64,000 nucleotides of DNA, from the NCBI GenBank assembly GCA_009103225.1, contig RHPI01002910.1, positions 62,001 to 126,000 of the forward strand. The letters are read 5' to 3'. Every line of letters begins with the position of its first letter. Within the stretch, counting starts at the first letter, position 1. Positions 12,701 through 25,948 of the stretch are shown here, one piece after another. Position numbers and translations under genes: made by a program. Source of the stretch: Chlorokybus atmophyticus (Eukaryota > Plantae > Mesostigma and Chlorokybus algae). Under the pieces are notes generated by a model, which did not search any database, was not told the origin of the DNA, and was given only the letters and a program-made list of their open reading frames with translations.

Positions 12701-14420
12701 GAAGGAATTGCTGGCGCAAGTGCTGGCGCTATGGCAATGGCGTTGTTTCCTCGAGGGCAAGCGCTTCACACTTGAAACGGACCACTCGCCATCCGAGTTC
12801 CTTCAAACGCAGCCTCATCTCTCGCGGCGGGAAGCTCGTCGGCTCGAGTTCTTCCAACTCCTCGACTTTGAAGTCAAGTAGTTCGAATAAGGTTGCGGAC
12901 GCGTTGAGTCGCTATCTCAATATAATTGAAACGGTTGTTCAAGTGCAGCCTGAATGGTTGAACCAGATCCGAGCCTCGTTGCATGAGGACGCCATCGGTA
13001 AGAGGCTATCGAAGCGCTCGAGAACGAAACTGATCATGGCGGTCTTTGGGCATTGAAGGACGGGCTGCTTTCGCACGGGGATCGCATGTACATACCTAAC
13101 ATTGCGTACATGCGCGTGGGATTGATGAAGGAAGCACATGACGCGCCAATGGCTGGTCATCAAGGGCTGGAGCAGACGCTAACCTTGTTGAAACAGCAAG
13201 TTTTCTCCGAGAAAACGAGTCGTCAGAGATGCATCGTGATGTCAAGGACTATGTGGCATTGTGCGATACTTGTCAAAGGGTGAAGGCGAGCAACTAACGA
13301 GCTAGCGGGCTGCTCCAACCATTGCCGATACCTTTTACGAAGTGGGAGCAAGTTCCTCTCGACTTCATCATCACGGGGCTGCCACGAACACGTGAAGGAC
13401 ATGATGCTATCTTGAAGTTTGTGGACAAGATCAGCAAAATGGTGCGGTTGGCGACATGTACGGAGACTTGCACGGCTCTCGAGGCTGCCAAGTTGTTCAT
13501 TAAGCATGTGGTGCGCTCTCATGGCCTCCCAAGAAGCAATGTGAGTAATAGGGACCAGCGGTTCATGGGAAATTTCTGGAAGGCCCGCCATTCAACTTTG
13601 GGCACAACCTCGAAGTTCAGCATCGCATACCACCCCGAGACGGACGACCGAACGGCATGCACCAACCGTGTGGTCGATACCATGTTGCAGTGCTATGTGA
13701 ACATCCGACAACACAATGCTGGAGCTGATTAAGTTCACCATCAACAACCACAAGAGTGCAAGCACGGGCGAGACACCTTTTCTCATGAACTATGGGCAAC
13801 ATCCGTTGACGCCGTTGACGGCATGGGCGCCTAGCATGCAATGTTCGGACGTGGAGGCTGTGGATGACTTTCTTGGGAGGTGTGCGAACTTTAGCAAGGC
13901 AGCTTGTGAGGCTCTGATTGCGGCACAGAACAGGCAAAAGCAATACGCCGATGCGCATCGCAAGCATGTAGTCTTTTGGGAGGGTGATCGTGTGATGCTT
14001 TCTACAAAGCATGTGCAGCTGGTCACGGGTGTGCGCATGCTGAGTGAGCGATGGTTGGGGCCTTTCAAAGTGATCAAGGTCATCTCAGAGGTAGCCTACA
14101 AGCTGGAGCTGCCCGATACCATGCACTCCGTTTTTCATGTCTCGCTCCTTACAGCTTATAAGGGGGAGCCGCCACCTTGTCCACCTCCGGTTCTTCTGCC
14201 CGAGGGCCAAGCCGAGTGGGAGGTGGAGGCAATCATCAAAGACAAGCTGGTCGGAGGTGTGCGCAAGTACTTGGTAAAGTGGTGCGGCTATCCGATGCAC
14301 GAGGTGACGTACGAACCTGAGGGCTTCACCAATGCCAAACAGATTTTGCAGAAGTACGAGGTCAGAGGAGGCACTCGTCAGCTTCGAGGCCGAAGCACCC
14401 CTAGGATGGAAGGGGTATAA
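9706..14420 (+). pseudogene. Gypsy-1 gag-pol: gag with CCHC knuckle, protease region, RT, RNase H, integrase, chromodomain
   Basis: Knuckle CWECSSTHHMRSNC (~10563). RT: [23 protein letters not shown]. RNase H: ACDASNQAVGAVLQQ, ETDHSP. Integrase: DFIITGLP, SNRDQRF. Chromodomain: EWEVEAIIKDK...YLVKWCGYP...TYEP. Many stops and frameshifts. Confidence 0.93.
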
Positions 14421-15093
14421 CAGCCAAGAGCATTTCCTGTGTTTCATCCTACATCAAGCACTTGCTTTGCCCTTTTTACCGGCTTAATAAAGGCTTTGGT
14501 AAAGCTTTATTAGGCCCTTTGCGACGCTTGCTGCCGCGCGCGACTTTGCCTGCGACGAGCCCGCAGCAGCAGCTGCCGACCTGCGACGTGACAGCCGTCA
14601 AATTAGTAGCGGCATGACTGCCGCGGCACTGCAATGATGTGATATCACACCTGACTGGACATGTGACAAGATGCCGCGCTGTGCAGTGCCTTGTGACGCG
14701 GACTGCACGGTCAGATGCCGCCGAAAGGACGATGACGCGAGTGGCAGCAGCCTGCACTAAAAGGAGTCCTTCAGATTTGGTAAAACATGAACAAAATGCC
14801 TGGTTATTGGCCTGCTTGGTTTGGTTTTATGCTTGTACAAATAGAAAACCCTGCATAATACAACCAACTTCTGCTTTCTGCTCTCTACTGGGAGTATGCT
14901 AGTGTATGCTTGAGAGAGGCGTGATCCAAGGCACACTGCTGCGTTTTTGCTTGGCGTGGGAAGTAGTAGTGTTCATGTGCATATGCGTGCTCGACGCGGG
15001 AGAAGGCAAGGTTCCGGTGCGAAGACTGTGCTCAGCTGCACACATGTGTTGTATGACTTGTGTGCTGTGTATGTGAGCACGAGCATCGTTACA
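14416..15093 (+). repeat. 3' LTR of Gypsy-1
   Basis: Direct repeat of the 5' LTR, visibly diverged; preceded by the polypurine tract. Confidence 0.9.
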
Positions 15094-15249
15094 TGTAAGT
15101 GGCAGCGGAAATTTGCCCTTTGCATGTTGCGGAGTTGTCGGTCTTGCAGACTACATGTGGGTGTGCTGTGTGTGTTCGCTGTCAGAGCAGCTTCTGTCGT
15201 ATGTGCGATTAACAAGTTCAGTTGTGAGGCTTTTCCAGTCAGTTTGTTG

Positions 15250-15612
15250 AACACAGCTTTGCTAACTTTTGTCGTGCAACTCATGCACTTCATGCGACGC
15301 TCTTATGTCCAGAGTGTATACCACTTGCTTCCTCCCGCCATCTATGAAAACGATTACGACGCGGTCTCCTCTACTAACAAAGGTATTGTTATACGCGTGT
15401 TGATGCGGGGCAGCAACAAATTCTTGTTCGGCTCAGCGCCCATTGGTGGTAGACATGAGGTGCCCCTCCACTCTGCTCAAGCCGCCTACCCTAATGAAAA
15501 CAAGGTGGTCTTTGTCCACATCTATGGCGTGTATAATGGTACAAGCTACAACCTGTACCAAAGTGGATTGCTCGTCGCCTCCACCACAAAGACAGTGTCT
15601 GTATCTTCGGTA
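15250..15612 (+). pseudogene. LamG/concanavalin-A-like jelly-roll exon, probably the 3' part of the gene cut by Gypsy-1
   Basis: VFVHIYGVYNGTSYNLYQSGLLVASTTKTVS matches the LamG-like W/F-x-H-x3-VYDG-x4-LY-x-NG-x-LVAS pattern; the exon ends at a TCG|GTAAGC donor. Confidence 0.6.
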
Positions 15613-17563
15613 AGCTGAAGTCGCTTGATGTCATGTTGTTTCAAACTAGTACTGTGCTATTAAATGCTGATGCTGTTGCTGCGGCCAAAGCTGTACTCTG
15701 ACCATGTTTTGTGCGTGTTGTAGTTTACTGGCACATAGAGTGTTGGTAAGTGATTACAATGCTATATGCAGCTTGTTTGATTTGACTTTGTGGCACGTGG
15801 TGTTGATAAATTCAACTAACACGCCACAATTGCTTTGTGTGGTATGATGACATTGTTGTGTTTGGGCATGAGGGAGTGACCATATCTTGAGAACATCAAT
15901 AAAATCCTATTTTATGAAGTCATAGAGCATGCGCAGGTTGGTATTCAACTGGTCAAACATACCTTGCCGCATGTCTATTGTCACCCACATGGGAGAGTAT
16001 CCTGCAGATGCTAAGCAAGACATGCACAGTGTCTCCATGATTATTGCGTGCAGCATAACTCGTAGCCATTGTGCATTCAGGTTTACAGCTCGGCACTCAT
16101 TGCAGCTCAAGTGGCTACTTTTTACAGCAGTCTGGCATGACACTTCTGCCCACACAAGGCGAAGGATGGTTATTAACCTGCAAAGGCATGACACATACGT
16201 TTGCAAACATTAAGATGAATTCATTGAGGCCATGTGTTTATGAGCATGCTAAGCACCTGGCGACTGCAACCAGCAATAAACTTCGTGGTGGTGATGTGAC
16301 TATAAAAGCGCACATGCATTACTGTGTGCCAATATACCTAGCAATGTGTAAACCTAGTGGTGTGTATTGTCTACAGTTTTTTGGTAGTCTTGCGCAGACG
16401 AATTGGGCTTTTGTGATATAACCATATCGCGACATCATTTACAGCATGTCAGCATTACGTACTCACTTGGTGCATGATGGTACGTCAGCAGAGATGGTTA
16501 TCGAGTACTGTTTGCCATGGGTTGGTGATAATTATGCAACCAGTTTTTCTTTACTCTTGTAGAGCGTATGCCTGTTGATGAGACAAATATTTGTCCATTT
16601 TCTTGTCGCAATGCTCAACACCTTAATGCAATTTGTTGTCAATACTCATCCATGAAAGTGTACAAGAGATTGTGTACAAAAGATGGAGTGCTGATAAGAC
16701 CGCATGCAAAGGGTCATAAGCATGAGACATGCATGTAGTCATGCACACGCCGCAAGCAAACAGTCAGCAGCAGTCACAGTGCTATTTCACCATCGGGCTA
16801 GGTACTTCTAATGCACTCAACTACCACCACTTGGCTACCCCGTTAGTCATGCATGCATGCATGTATGTTTTATTATCACCTGCGGCACGGCTGTGGTTAG
16901 CGGTCAGCCTTGCAGCGTCCACGAAAGCAGCGGACTCAACGACTTCCCCCCTCTCTCCCCCTTGCCGCCGCCAGCTCACTTAACGCACTGCCATCACTCG
17001 GCAGCCGCTTAGTCGTTAGGGTTCCACATGCATACGTCAGCTTGGCATCACACTAGCCAGGCAGTCGCTGTGCTATATCACATGTAAAATCAACAGTACG
17101 GTTGGAGTGTAGAATATATGCAATGGTGTGCATGTGAGTGTAGCGAATACTAGCAGTCAACTTGTGTACAACGGATGTAAACACTGCATACTATGCGGTC
17201 AGTTGGCATCTCTCATATCACCTAGCTATCACACCACATCGTTCACAAACATATGGTGTACATGATAACGAGGTGTGAGAAGTTCTGTAATAACTCTGGT
17301 ATGTTCATAGACTACCAACAGTGGCCTACTATAAAGTGTATGAACACAATTCACACGCACATGACCGGACACTCACCGCGTAGTGGCGCAATCATCATGA
17401 TGCTCTCCCAGCAAGCACAGCATTGGGTTGAAAGGCAACAGATGCAGCATCTGTGTGCTGCCAGCATGCAGCAGTGTTAGCACTGCCGCACATACTACAA
17501 CTGCTGACGGTACAGTGTACAAGGCATAGACACTCCAAAGCTAAAGTACAACAACTGGCTATA

Positions 17564-19578
17564 CTACGCAGGTGAAGGGGCAGGACCCGCGGGTGCAGGG
17601 ACTGGCACGTCCTTGAATATGAAGTTGAAAAAGTACAGTTTCAAGGCCAGGCCAAGGCCCAGATGTAACGCCGCCACACCCAGTAAAATCAATGCATATT
17701 TGGCGTAGCCCGTCTGCATCAGCGGATGACGGAAGTTAATCACCAAGAAGATGGAGGAGACGCTCCATGCTGCCAGCACAATCACCCATCGCGCCAGCTC
17801 GCTAGGGAGTATGCACACAAACTGCGCACAGACACATGAGTAGTGTCAGCGAGTGGAACGCCATGCCCCAACTGGCAAACAGTACCGGTTGGACACTTTC
17901 AACAACATCGCACAGAGCACACAATCACTTACCGTTACAGGGATGAATATAAATAGGGAGTATCCGTAAAGGCACCACAGGGAAACAAAGCGCACACTTG
18001 CACCGAGATACTGTATGAGAAACTTCAGGACAATTGGGATGATCCCAACGTATCCATAAAAGATGGATGCAGCATACACAAGCTTGTTGATGTCGTACGA
18101 CCATGGCTCGTCAGTCGTCCTGTGCGTTATATAACTAGCATAGTTGCTGATGGCTGCTGCGGTGAATATCAATGTTGTACAGATCCAAAATGGACCATAC
18201 CTGCACCATCGCGTGAGCATGAGCAAGCCAGTATACCAGTTTGTGCCAACAACATGTAAGCACATTACAGATGAGCACGCTTACAAGTCTGCGTTGTACT
18301 CGGTTTTCTCCAAGAAGTCCGACTTGTATGGCAGCAATGAGTCCTTGATCCGATTGAGAACGTCTACTGTGTCCACGTTGAAGTATGGTTGGTAGCGAGC
18401 AATTTTCCAAAACGAAGGCTGCCCTGTGTTGTTGTTACCACCCAGCAGGTTGTAGCTGAAAGGTTCTGCACAAAACTGTGTCACAATGTGACATGCAACC
18501 TACTTTGCATCGCGGACAATGCAACGATCCATGCTTTCTGGCAAAGCATTGCGGCTGCTAATTGTTATGTGTATAATGCACTCAACTCGACACAGCGCCA
18601 ACCGCCACAAGCATGCCCGAACCACACAACAAGGCTGCACACAGGCGCACGTGTTGACTTACGACTTGATGCTGCTGCTGCTGGCTGTGCTGCTGCTGCA
18701 GCAGGTGCTGGCATGGGGGTCATCTTGCCGCGAGCATCGCCAACTGCAGGAAGAGTCTCTGCGCATAAGGTTTATCACAAGGTTTCATGCGAATCCCAAA
18801 AAAGACAGTCATGCACTGCCAATCACCCTGCATTGTGCTACTACTGGCCCTACACAGTACTGATATTGGTATTGGTTCTGTGTGGTGACCAACACTGTTA
18901 CACAACTTAAGTGGAGACCAGACAAGCATGGTGTGTTGAGGCCTGGTATGAGCAGAGTACTGACTAAACATTGACAGTTTCCGCACTTGGACTGCAGCTT
19001 CACTGTAAGCCAATGACCAATGCTTATTGATTATATACTGCAGGTGTGATATCAATGTTGAGGCTGAGAACACAATGCTACACAGCTAATGGACATTGTG
19101 TGATGGCGATGTGCTCCATTTGGACAACGGCAAACAAGGCTCATGCATTGTATCCTAGGCTTGTCTCCATCGACACGTCCAGAACAACAATTGTACGTCT
19201 AAAGGTGAGTGTCGACAACCACGCAAGCTAGGATAATCCACAAAGCTGCAGGCTGTGGTCTGACCAGGCACAACAACAGCCTCACATGATACCTGAGAAA
19301 GGCATGGTGATGCTTGGCACAGTCTCATCCTGTCAAGCAGCACCACAAATCAACGTGAGTCAACAAAATATGATTATACAACCCAACTCGAACAGCTCAA
19401 TGCCAGAAACAAGCCGCATTGCTGCTCACAGCATGACCACCAGACAGTTGATCTACCAGAAGCTTGCTACCGGCATTGCACACGCAATAAAGCCATGCGA
19501 CGTGTCAGAGACACGCAAGATACCAATTACCTGGCTGGCGCCCGGGCCAGCACCACCGCCGCCGTTGACGCTCGCCAT
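17564..19578 (-). CDS. YIPF1: Yip1-domain Golgi membrane protein (YIPF1/YIPF2-like), multi-exon
   Basis: FWKIARYQPYFNVDTVDVLNRIKDSLLP...NADL|YGPFWICTTLIF...FVSLWCLYGYSLFIFIPV...ALHLGLGLALKLYFF. ATG at 19578 (MASVNGGGGAGPGASQ|GT); TAG 17564-17566. GT-AG introns; small N-terminal exons only partly resolved. Confidence 0.9.
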
Positions 19579-20309
19579 GGTTGCCACGTGGCGAGCCTCA
19601 CACGGCCAGCTGGCTGAAGGCAGAAAGCCATAACCCTAATCTGGGCAGAGCGCTGCCCGCCCGTGCCAGACAGCAGTGCTCCACAGCGTGCACCGCTTTT
19701 GACCGATAGCCTAGCAACAGTCTTCCAGATATTATTCCTGAAAAAAAGCCTTGCTCTGTGTCGCACCGCCCGTGAGACTGCCGCCGGCGGGGAGGATACT
19801 TGACCAGCATTGCTTGTAAGGCATCTGCGTGGAGGCAACAACCAGCATCCGGAACCGTGGTTCACAGCAAGCTGTCAAGCTTTAGAGACAGGTTCGCCGT
19901 TTGCCTCCCTGCTGCATTGCGTGTGTATGGTGATAGCGTGTTGGCTACGGCTTCGTTTCGTTTCTTTTGGCTGTGTGCTTTTGCATTGAAAATTCTGGCA
20001 CAGGCTCGCATCCTCTTCAGCAGTATATGCCTGCGTTACATGTTGAATCGTCAATGAAGCAGTTGGACATGGCAGCAGTGTGCATGCGCTTGCCTGCAGC
20101 CTCATTTTACGTATACCTACTTACATTGTACGAGTGTACACACTGTCAAGCTGCTGTAATACATGCAATCAACAAGCCAGCGGGTCTGCAGCAAGAGTGT
20201 TCACATACATATCACATGCAAGCAAGTAATCTTAGGCTGCCCAGGTGGCCAACACATGTACAGCTGTAAACACACCACTTGAGATTACGTTCAACTTGTT
20301 ACAGGCGTA

Positions 20310-23221
20310 ATGTCCCGTTTGACGGCGTCATTTGCGCCTGCCGCAGCTTTGGCAGCCTTAGCACTGTTAATTACAGCATGGGCGCAAAGGCGTCGGCAGC
20401 GTCGGCATAGGGTATGTTCAACAGAGGAGGAAGCAGCACAAGGAAGGCACGGTGAAGAGACCGCAGAGAGCCGCAAGCAGAGTGACAAGCGGCGCGAGCA
20501 GCACGCAAAGTTGGTCAGAGGAGTGATTTTTGATTTTCAAACCCTCGTGCAACATGGCCAGCCCATAACAGGTCTGGGATTGCATGCAGCATGCTCATGT
20601 AGGGAGGAATGGCGATGCTTTGGCTTTTGGGTGTCAGATATGGGCAGCAGGGAGCACTGTTGAGTGTCGTGTACATTGCAGTGTACATTGCCAAACACAG
20701 TTGTCTGTTAGTTCACAGGCCACCTTTAAGTCGTTTCAAGAAAAGGCCATTGTCAATACAGTTACTGTATCATGCATGAGTGCATGCATATGCGCAAGTG
20801 CGTGCGCATGTACGGGCTGGGGTGTAGCTATCATGCGTAGAATGCTGGTTGGAACTTGTGATACTGACCCCGTAACTTGCCAGGCGTATCGTGGCTGTTT
20901 GAGCGGCTTCGACACAGCCGTCTGAAGGTGGGCGTGCTGGTGTGCGGCTCCGCACGTGAGGCGGCCGCATCCCTGCGTATGCTTGATGAGCTGAGCCTGC
21001 GGCCGTTTGCGGAGGCCGCAGTCGCAATAGTGCGGGACAGCCAGAGCAGTGATGGGACTGCTGTTCAGCACACTCGCACCGCCGCTGTCGATGAGCTCAG
21101 AGGCCGCTGGGCTCTTGACCGAGAGCATGTTGCCTTCATCACGGATGCTAGAGGAATCTCAGGTGCAGACCTGCTGATCGCGCTGTCGCGTGCGTGTGTA
21201 TATGCATGTGCCGTTATAAATCCTTGATCATATGTTGGCTATACCATTGCAGGCTTTCCCACAGTACAAGTGCAACCAGCTGCTGGTACTAGTTCAACAC
21301 CCTCAACAGACACAGCTGCATTTGTCACAGTCCCGGCAGTTGGTGCTGTGCTGATGGCAGTCGCGCGCATGAATAAGCAAAGGCTTGGCGGCAACGTGAC
21401 GGTCGTTGGCTATGTTATGAAAGAGTCCAGAGAACAGGACTTCCTTAAGCGCTATGTGCTGCCGCTTTTGCCGGAGGACAATACCAGCTTTGCTCCTGTG
21501 GATCCCGAGTACCCTGTTGCTCAGCAGGTGCCACATGAAGTGCTCCTTTCAGTAGATCTTGCATGTAGCTCAGTGTGCGTGTGCGTGCACACGTATGTAC
21601 CCATGCATGTACTCTTGCTCGTGTGCGTCGATCAGCGTGCCTGCCTGGACTGACTGAACCTTGGGCAACCAGCATTAGACTGTGTACTGCTGAAGCGTCA
21701 CAGTGCAGGGTCCTTTTGATGTCTTGCTGCACAAAGCAACAGATGAGATCATCGTCAACTACGTCGGTGGCAAGCCGGAGTACGCTTTCTCTGACCGTAT
21801 GAATGCCCTCGAGCGCGAAGTCAAAGCGCTCGGCATGTACGTGCCTGTTGTGGACCCGTTCGAGTGCCTGAGGACAACCATGGATCGGCTTTTGCTTGGC
21901 GGTTGTCTTCAAAGACTAAACAGGTCAGTCTTTTCAATCCTTGGTTGTAGTTGCCAGGGATGGGAGTGCAGCAAGCGCTCAGCACACTGTGATTGGGGAG
22001 TATTGCCCATGTGCAAGATTGTTCGCTTTCTTCTCTTTCATCTCTTTCACCTAACAGTAAACCGTTGGCTACGCCTGTGAAAGTGCGACCCCCGCATTCC
22101 GCACACTTGGACTCGATGGACTTTGAGTATGTGAAAGCGCGAGTACGTCAAGCCAGTCTCTCTCTGCCCGTCTTTGTCAAGCCTGGTGAGGCCTGCGGGA
22201 CGGCGGCATCACATCTCATGGCAGTTGTCACGCGGGAGGAAGGGTTTGAAGGCCTTCCCGTTCGAACGCCCGCCATAGTTCAGGTTGGTCACATGCTCGT
22301 GACACCATCTGACTGTTACAGCTGCAAGTCCCATCAACCATCCGCTATGCCATTGCCCGCAGCTGTCTTTCTGCATGTGCTCTTGCTAGCTGTGGCAAGT
22401 TGCTACATACAACTTGCGATGTCTCTGTTTGCTCACTGCATGGAGACCAATGCATGATAGATGTATAGCCATGGGCTACAAGTCGTTGGATAATTAACCT
22501 GTGGCACGGAGTGCATGTGTGGCGCTTGTTCCATTGAAATTGCTCTGAACCTGCTCTGCTGCAGGAATGCATAGCGCATTCTGGAGTTGTACACAAGGTA
22601 TACGTTATGGGTGAGGCAATCTGGGTGTGCGAGAGGGGTTCTATGGACTTCATCGCATCAACCAAGGGCACAGACACGCCTGCTGCCATTGTATTTGACA
22701 GCCTGAAAGCCCTTCCAGACTCCTTGAGCGCCAACCTTGATGGAAAAGAATTGAAGTCGACACGCATTGTTGACCCTGCCTGGCGTAATAAAGGCAAAGA
22801 AGGTAATGTACTCAACAGAGGGGAGGAGAAAACCAGCGATGCCCGTTAGTTTCACTGTGTGACATGTGCGATGTGTGTGTGCACATAATTGCATATTGTC
22901 GTTGCATATGCCTGCTACAAAACCGCATTTGTTGCAGGCACTGCAGACAGGTTGGATACGAGTGGGCACAAGAAGCATGCGGGTGTAAACGTTGAGTCGA
23001 TTGTGGCTGCAGCGTCGTGGCTGCAAGAAGCTTTGTGCTTGACGTTTTTCGGGTTTGATGTGGTGGTTCAAGAGGGTTCCGGCGACCACGTCATTGTGGA
23101 CGTGAACTATCTGCCCTCTTTTAAGGAGGTGCCCCATGCAGAACGGGAGATGCGCTTGGCGCTTAGACAGAAACATCTGATTGCGCGTGGCCATCACACT
23201 CAGAATGGCGAGACCCAGTGA
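20310..23221 (+). CDS. ITPK4: Inositol 1,3,4-trisphosphate 5/6-kinase, ITPK4-like (HAD-like N-terminal domain plus ATP-grasp kinase), multi-exon
   Basis: HAD-like start VRGVIFDFQTLV. Kinase motifs VVGYVMKESREQDF, GPFDVLLHKATDE, LPVFVKPGEACGTAASHLMAVV, HSGVVHKVYVMGE, FFGFDVVVQEGSGDHVIVDVNYLPSFKEV. TGA 23219-23221. Confidence 0.9.
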
Positions 23222-25948
23222 TGACATTGCTTAGGACCGATGTGCTGCTAGTTCTCAAATAAATGCGGCCATGGGGGCTTCCCGATTGCAAAAGACAATC
23301 TGAACTGGTGTAAGGGTGCAATGCATTGCTTGCGATTCACCTTGTAATGATGGAAAGCAAGCACGCGTCAAACTATAGCATTTTGCAGCTGCATTTTTGC
23401 AGTTAAAGAGTTTAGGAGCAGATGTTGAAATTATTAGGGTGCTACATCCAGCGTCTTTGTGTTTATGCAGCATACATGGTCTGGCTGCACTTCCAAAGTT
23501 CCAATGACACAGTGACAACCTGTTGCAACTGCGAGCATTAGGGAGTGCACTGCGTGGCGTGCGTGCATACATGCTGCGCGCCGGGTTAACGGAACCCTAG
23601 CGTGCAGCAACCCTAGCGGCAGCAGGGTAGGCGAGCGACAGTGCAGGCCGTGGAGGGCATGGAGGGGGAGGGGCGGGGAGTCAGCGTCCTGCTGCTGTCT
23701 GCATGCTGCTGCTGCGACCGACCCACTAACCAAGACGCATGTGCAGGTGCTTGACCTTGCCGTGCATGCATGCCTGCCTGCATGACTAACAGGGGGGCAG
23801 TAGTAGTAGGACTATGTAGGCATGGTCGATAGCAGGTGCGTTGAGCCCGGTGGTCGCATTCGTGAGTTGTTGTACTGCTGCTAGTTTGCATGAGAACACG
23901 GCATGTGTGACCTTGCATGCACGACTTGCCCACTCGTTCTTTTATACATGTGCGATGCAAGTGCAACATTTCACACAAGCCATCCTATTGCTACACTGAC
24001 ATTGCAAACTTGCAACACTATCTTTACTCTCGCAATGCCGAACGATTGTCTTCGGCTAACAAGTGACCAGCATTTGTGCGTTGGTAATATTAATACGTGA
24101 GAGGTTTGCCAACCTTGCAGCCTGCAAGCATTGCTGCATCAAGGAGCGGGCGGCAAATAAGGCAATGCACTCAACAATATAATATAATGCATCTGTGAAG
24201 TGCAAATGTTCATCTTCATCACATCTCGACAATTAACATTAGCTTATCATAGTACAGCAGTTTATATTCTTACGAACATCTACTGTTGATGTTAAGCTAA
24301 CCTTTTTGCATAATCGCTACGCAAATGATGTGAACTAGCTTCTATTTGTATATTATCCATAATCGTTTCTTGTATTTGATATCAAGATTAATCAATAGGG
24401 AGCATAAATATGCACCTTTATTACAATAATTATGATGTAAGAAAGTCAATAGGTTCACTATTTAACAGCAAGCAAAACGCATTTGTATAATGAAGTACAA
24501 TTAATGTTCACGCCACATTGTTTAATAATCAGCCCCTTCCTCACTTCCATATGTATGCTCTACGCTCGTTCCAGGAACCGCACTCGGCTCCACCACATTC
24601 GTTATTGTAACGCAGTGTTCATGTTCCATTATAAGAACGTTGCCACAGCACATGCCGTACGATGGTTCTTACAAGACATCAAATGCTGTGATTATATAGA
24701 TATAATATTGACATATATGAATATATGCTTGATGACAGACGACCCAAGTCAATAGATTCCATTTACATGATTCGGTACAATACCGCTCTACAGCCATTGC
24801 TGGTTTATATCATGATTGTGAGTCAATGTGTGAGTTGTATGCATAATAACATGAATTTCCCTCATGTACGAGTGATACTTTAAAACTGTTTTCTCATTCT
24901 TATAACGATTGTTCTGTTAACGGGCGTGAAGCACCCCCCCCCCCCCCCCCCNGATGCTCCCCCCCAAGCTGCCTTCCATAAATGCGAAATGGTTTGATAA
25001 AACAAACAGAAGTGTGTTCCAACGCATAACAGACATAATTTGCGCAAAGCACACTTAGAGAAGCGGGAATGAATGCGCACAGCCTCCATAAAGTGTGTAA
25101 CGGTGTATCTTACAAGTAATTGCAGCATACATCAAATACACTATACACAAGACCTGTACAAAGCCTAAAACTAAGAAAACTGTATAAAGCCTTGCAGCTG
25201 CCACAACTTCGCCATTCACGCACAGCACATCACAGCATCCCTGCCCTTCTCGCCAACCCTTGTCTGCTGCTGCTGTCCTGCCTTGCCTTGCGGCCTGCAA
25301 TACACAAACACCAGCCTCACCTCCAGCGTCTGTGTTGCTCACGTCAGCTAAGTTGTTTCTTGCTTGCTGCTGCGCCCCGCACCCTCACCCCGCTTATGCA
25401 CTTAAACTTACAAGCACATAGCCTAGCATGCCCTTGCCAATGCCCCAATAATGCTTTACTGCCGCCTACTTGTGTGTGTGTGTTTTGTTTATGGTTACTG
25501 CAAGTTCTACGCCTAAGAATCCAATGGCGTCTCCTGCGTTCTCGGCGTCCCAGTTTCTCGGCTTTGCCCAATTTCTCGGCTTTGCCCAAGTGGACGCTTC
25601 TCATACAGCAGCACCGTGTGCCGCCATAGCGCGTAATAAACCACGTTAAAACGTGATTCTCGATTTTTCGGCGGCCTTTTAGGCCCATATACTATTAACG
25701 CCCCGCGTTAGAAACCTCGTACGCAAGATCAGGCCCTAACCCAAATCTCGCCCACTTTTTCGGCGCCTCCGTCGGCCGCGTTAATGTCAAAAAGCACATC
25801 GTGGCCATTGAATTGAATTCATGCGTTAAAGCACTTAACGTGATTACTGTGTGTAGTCACGCCAACACGCGTAATTTTCGGGTATGCGGGTTCCTCATAG
25901 GCGCAACATCCTACTACATTATGATAAGAATTGTGTGTGTGTGTACAG

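Larger units (their letters stand above)
8413..15093 (+). mobile_element. Ty3/Gypsy chromovirus LTR retrotransposon (old, degenerate), with a TRIM in its 5' LTR
   Basis: LTRs 8413-9604 (TGTAACAG...CGTCACA, includes the TRIM) and 14416-15093 (TATAACAG...CGTTACA). PBS-like TGGTCTCGGAGC at 9606; PPT GGATGGAAGGGG before 14416. Domain order gag-PR-RT-RH-IN-chromo. Flanks ATATA/TGTAA do not form a TSD. Confidence 0.93.

Noticed and set aside
15900-17500. Small ORFs and a telo-box-like TTAGGGTT (17016-17023)
   Set aside because: No coherent exon chain or recognisable protein could be assembled.
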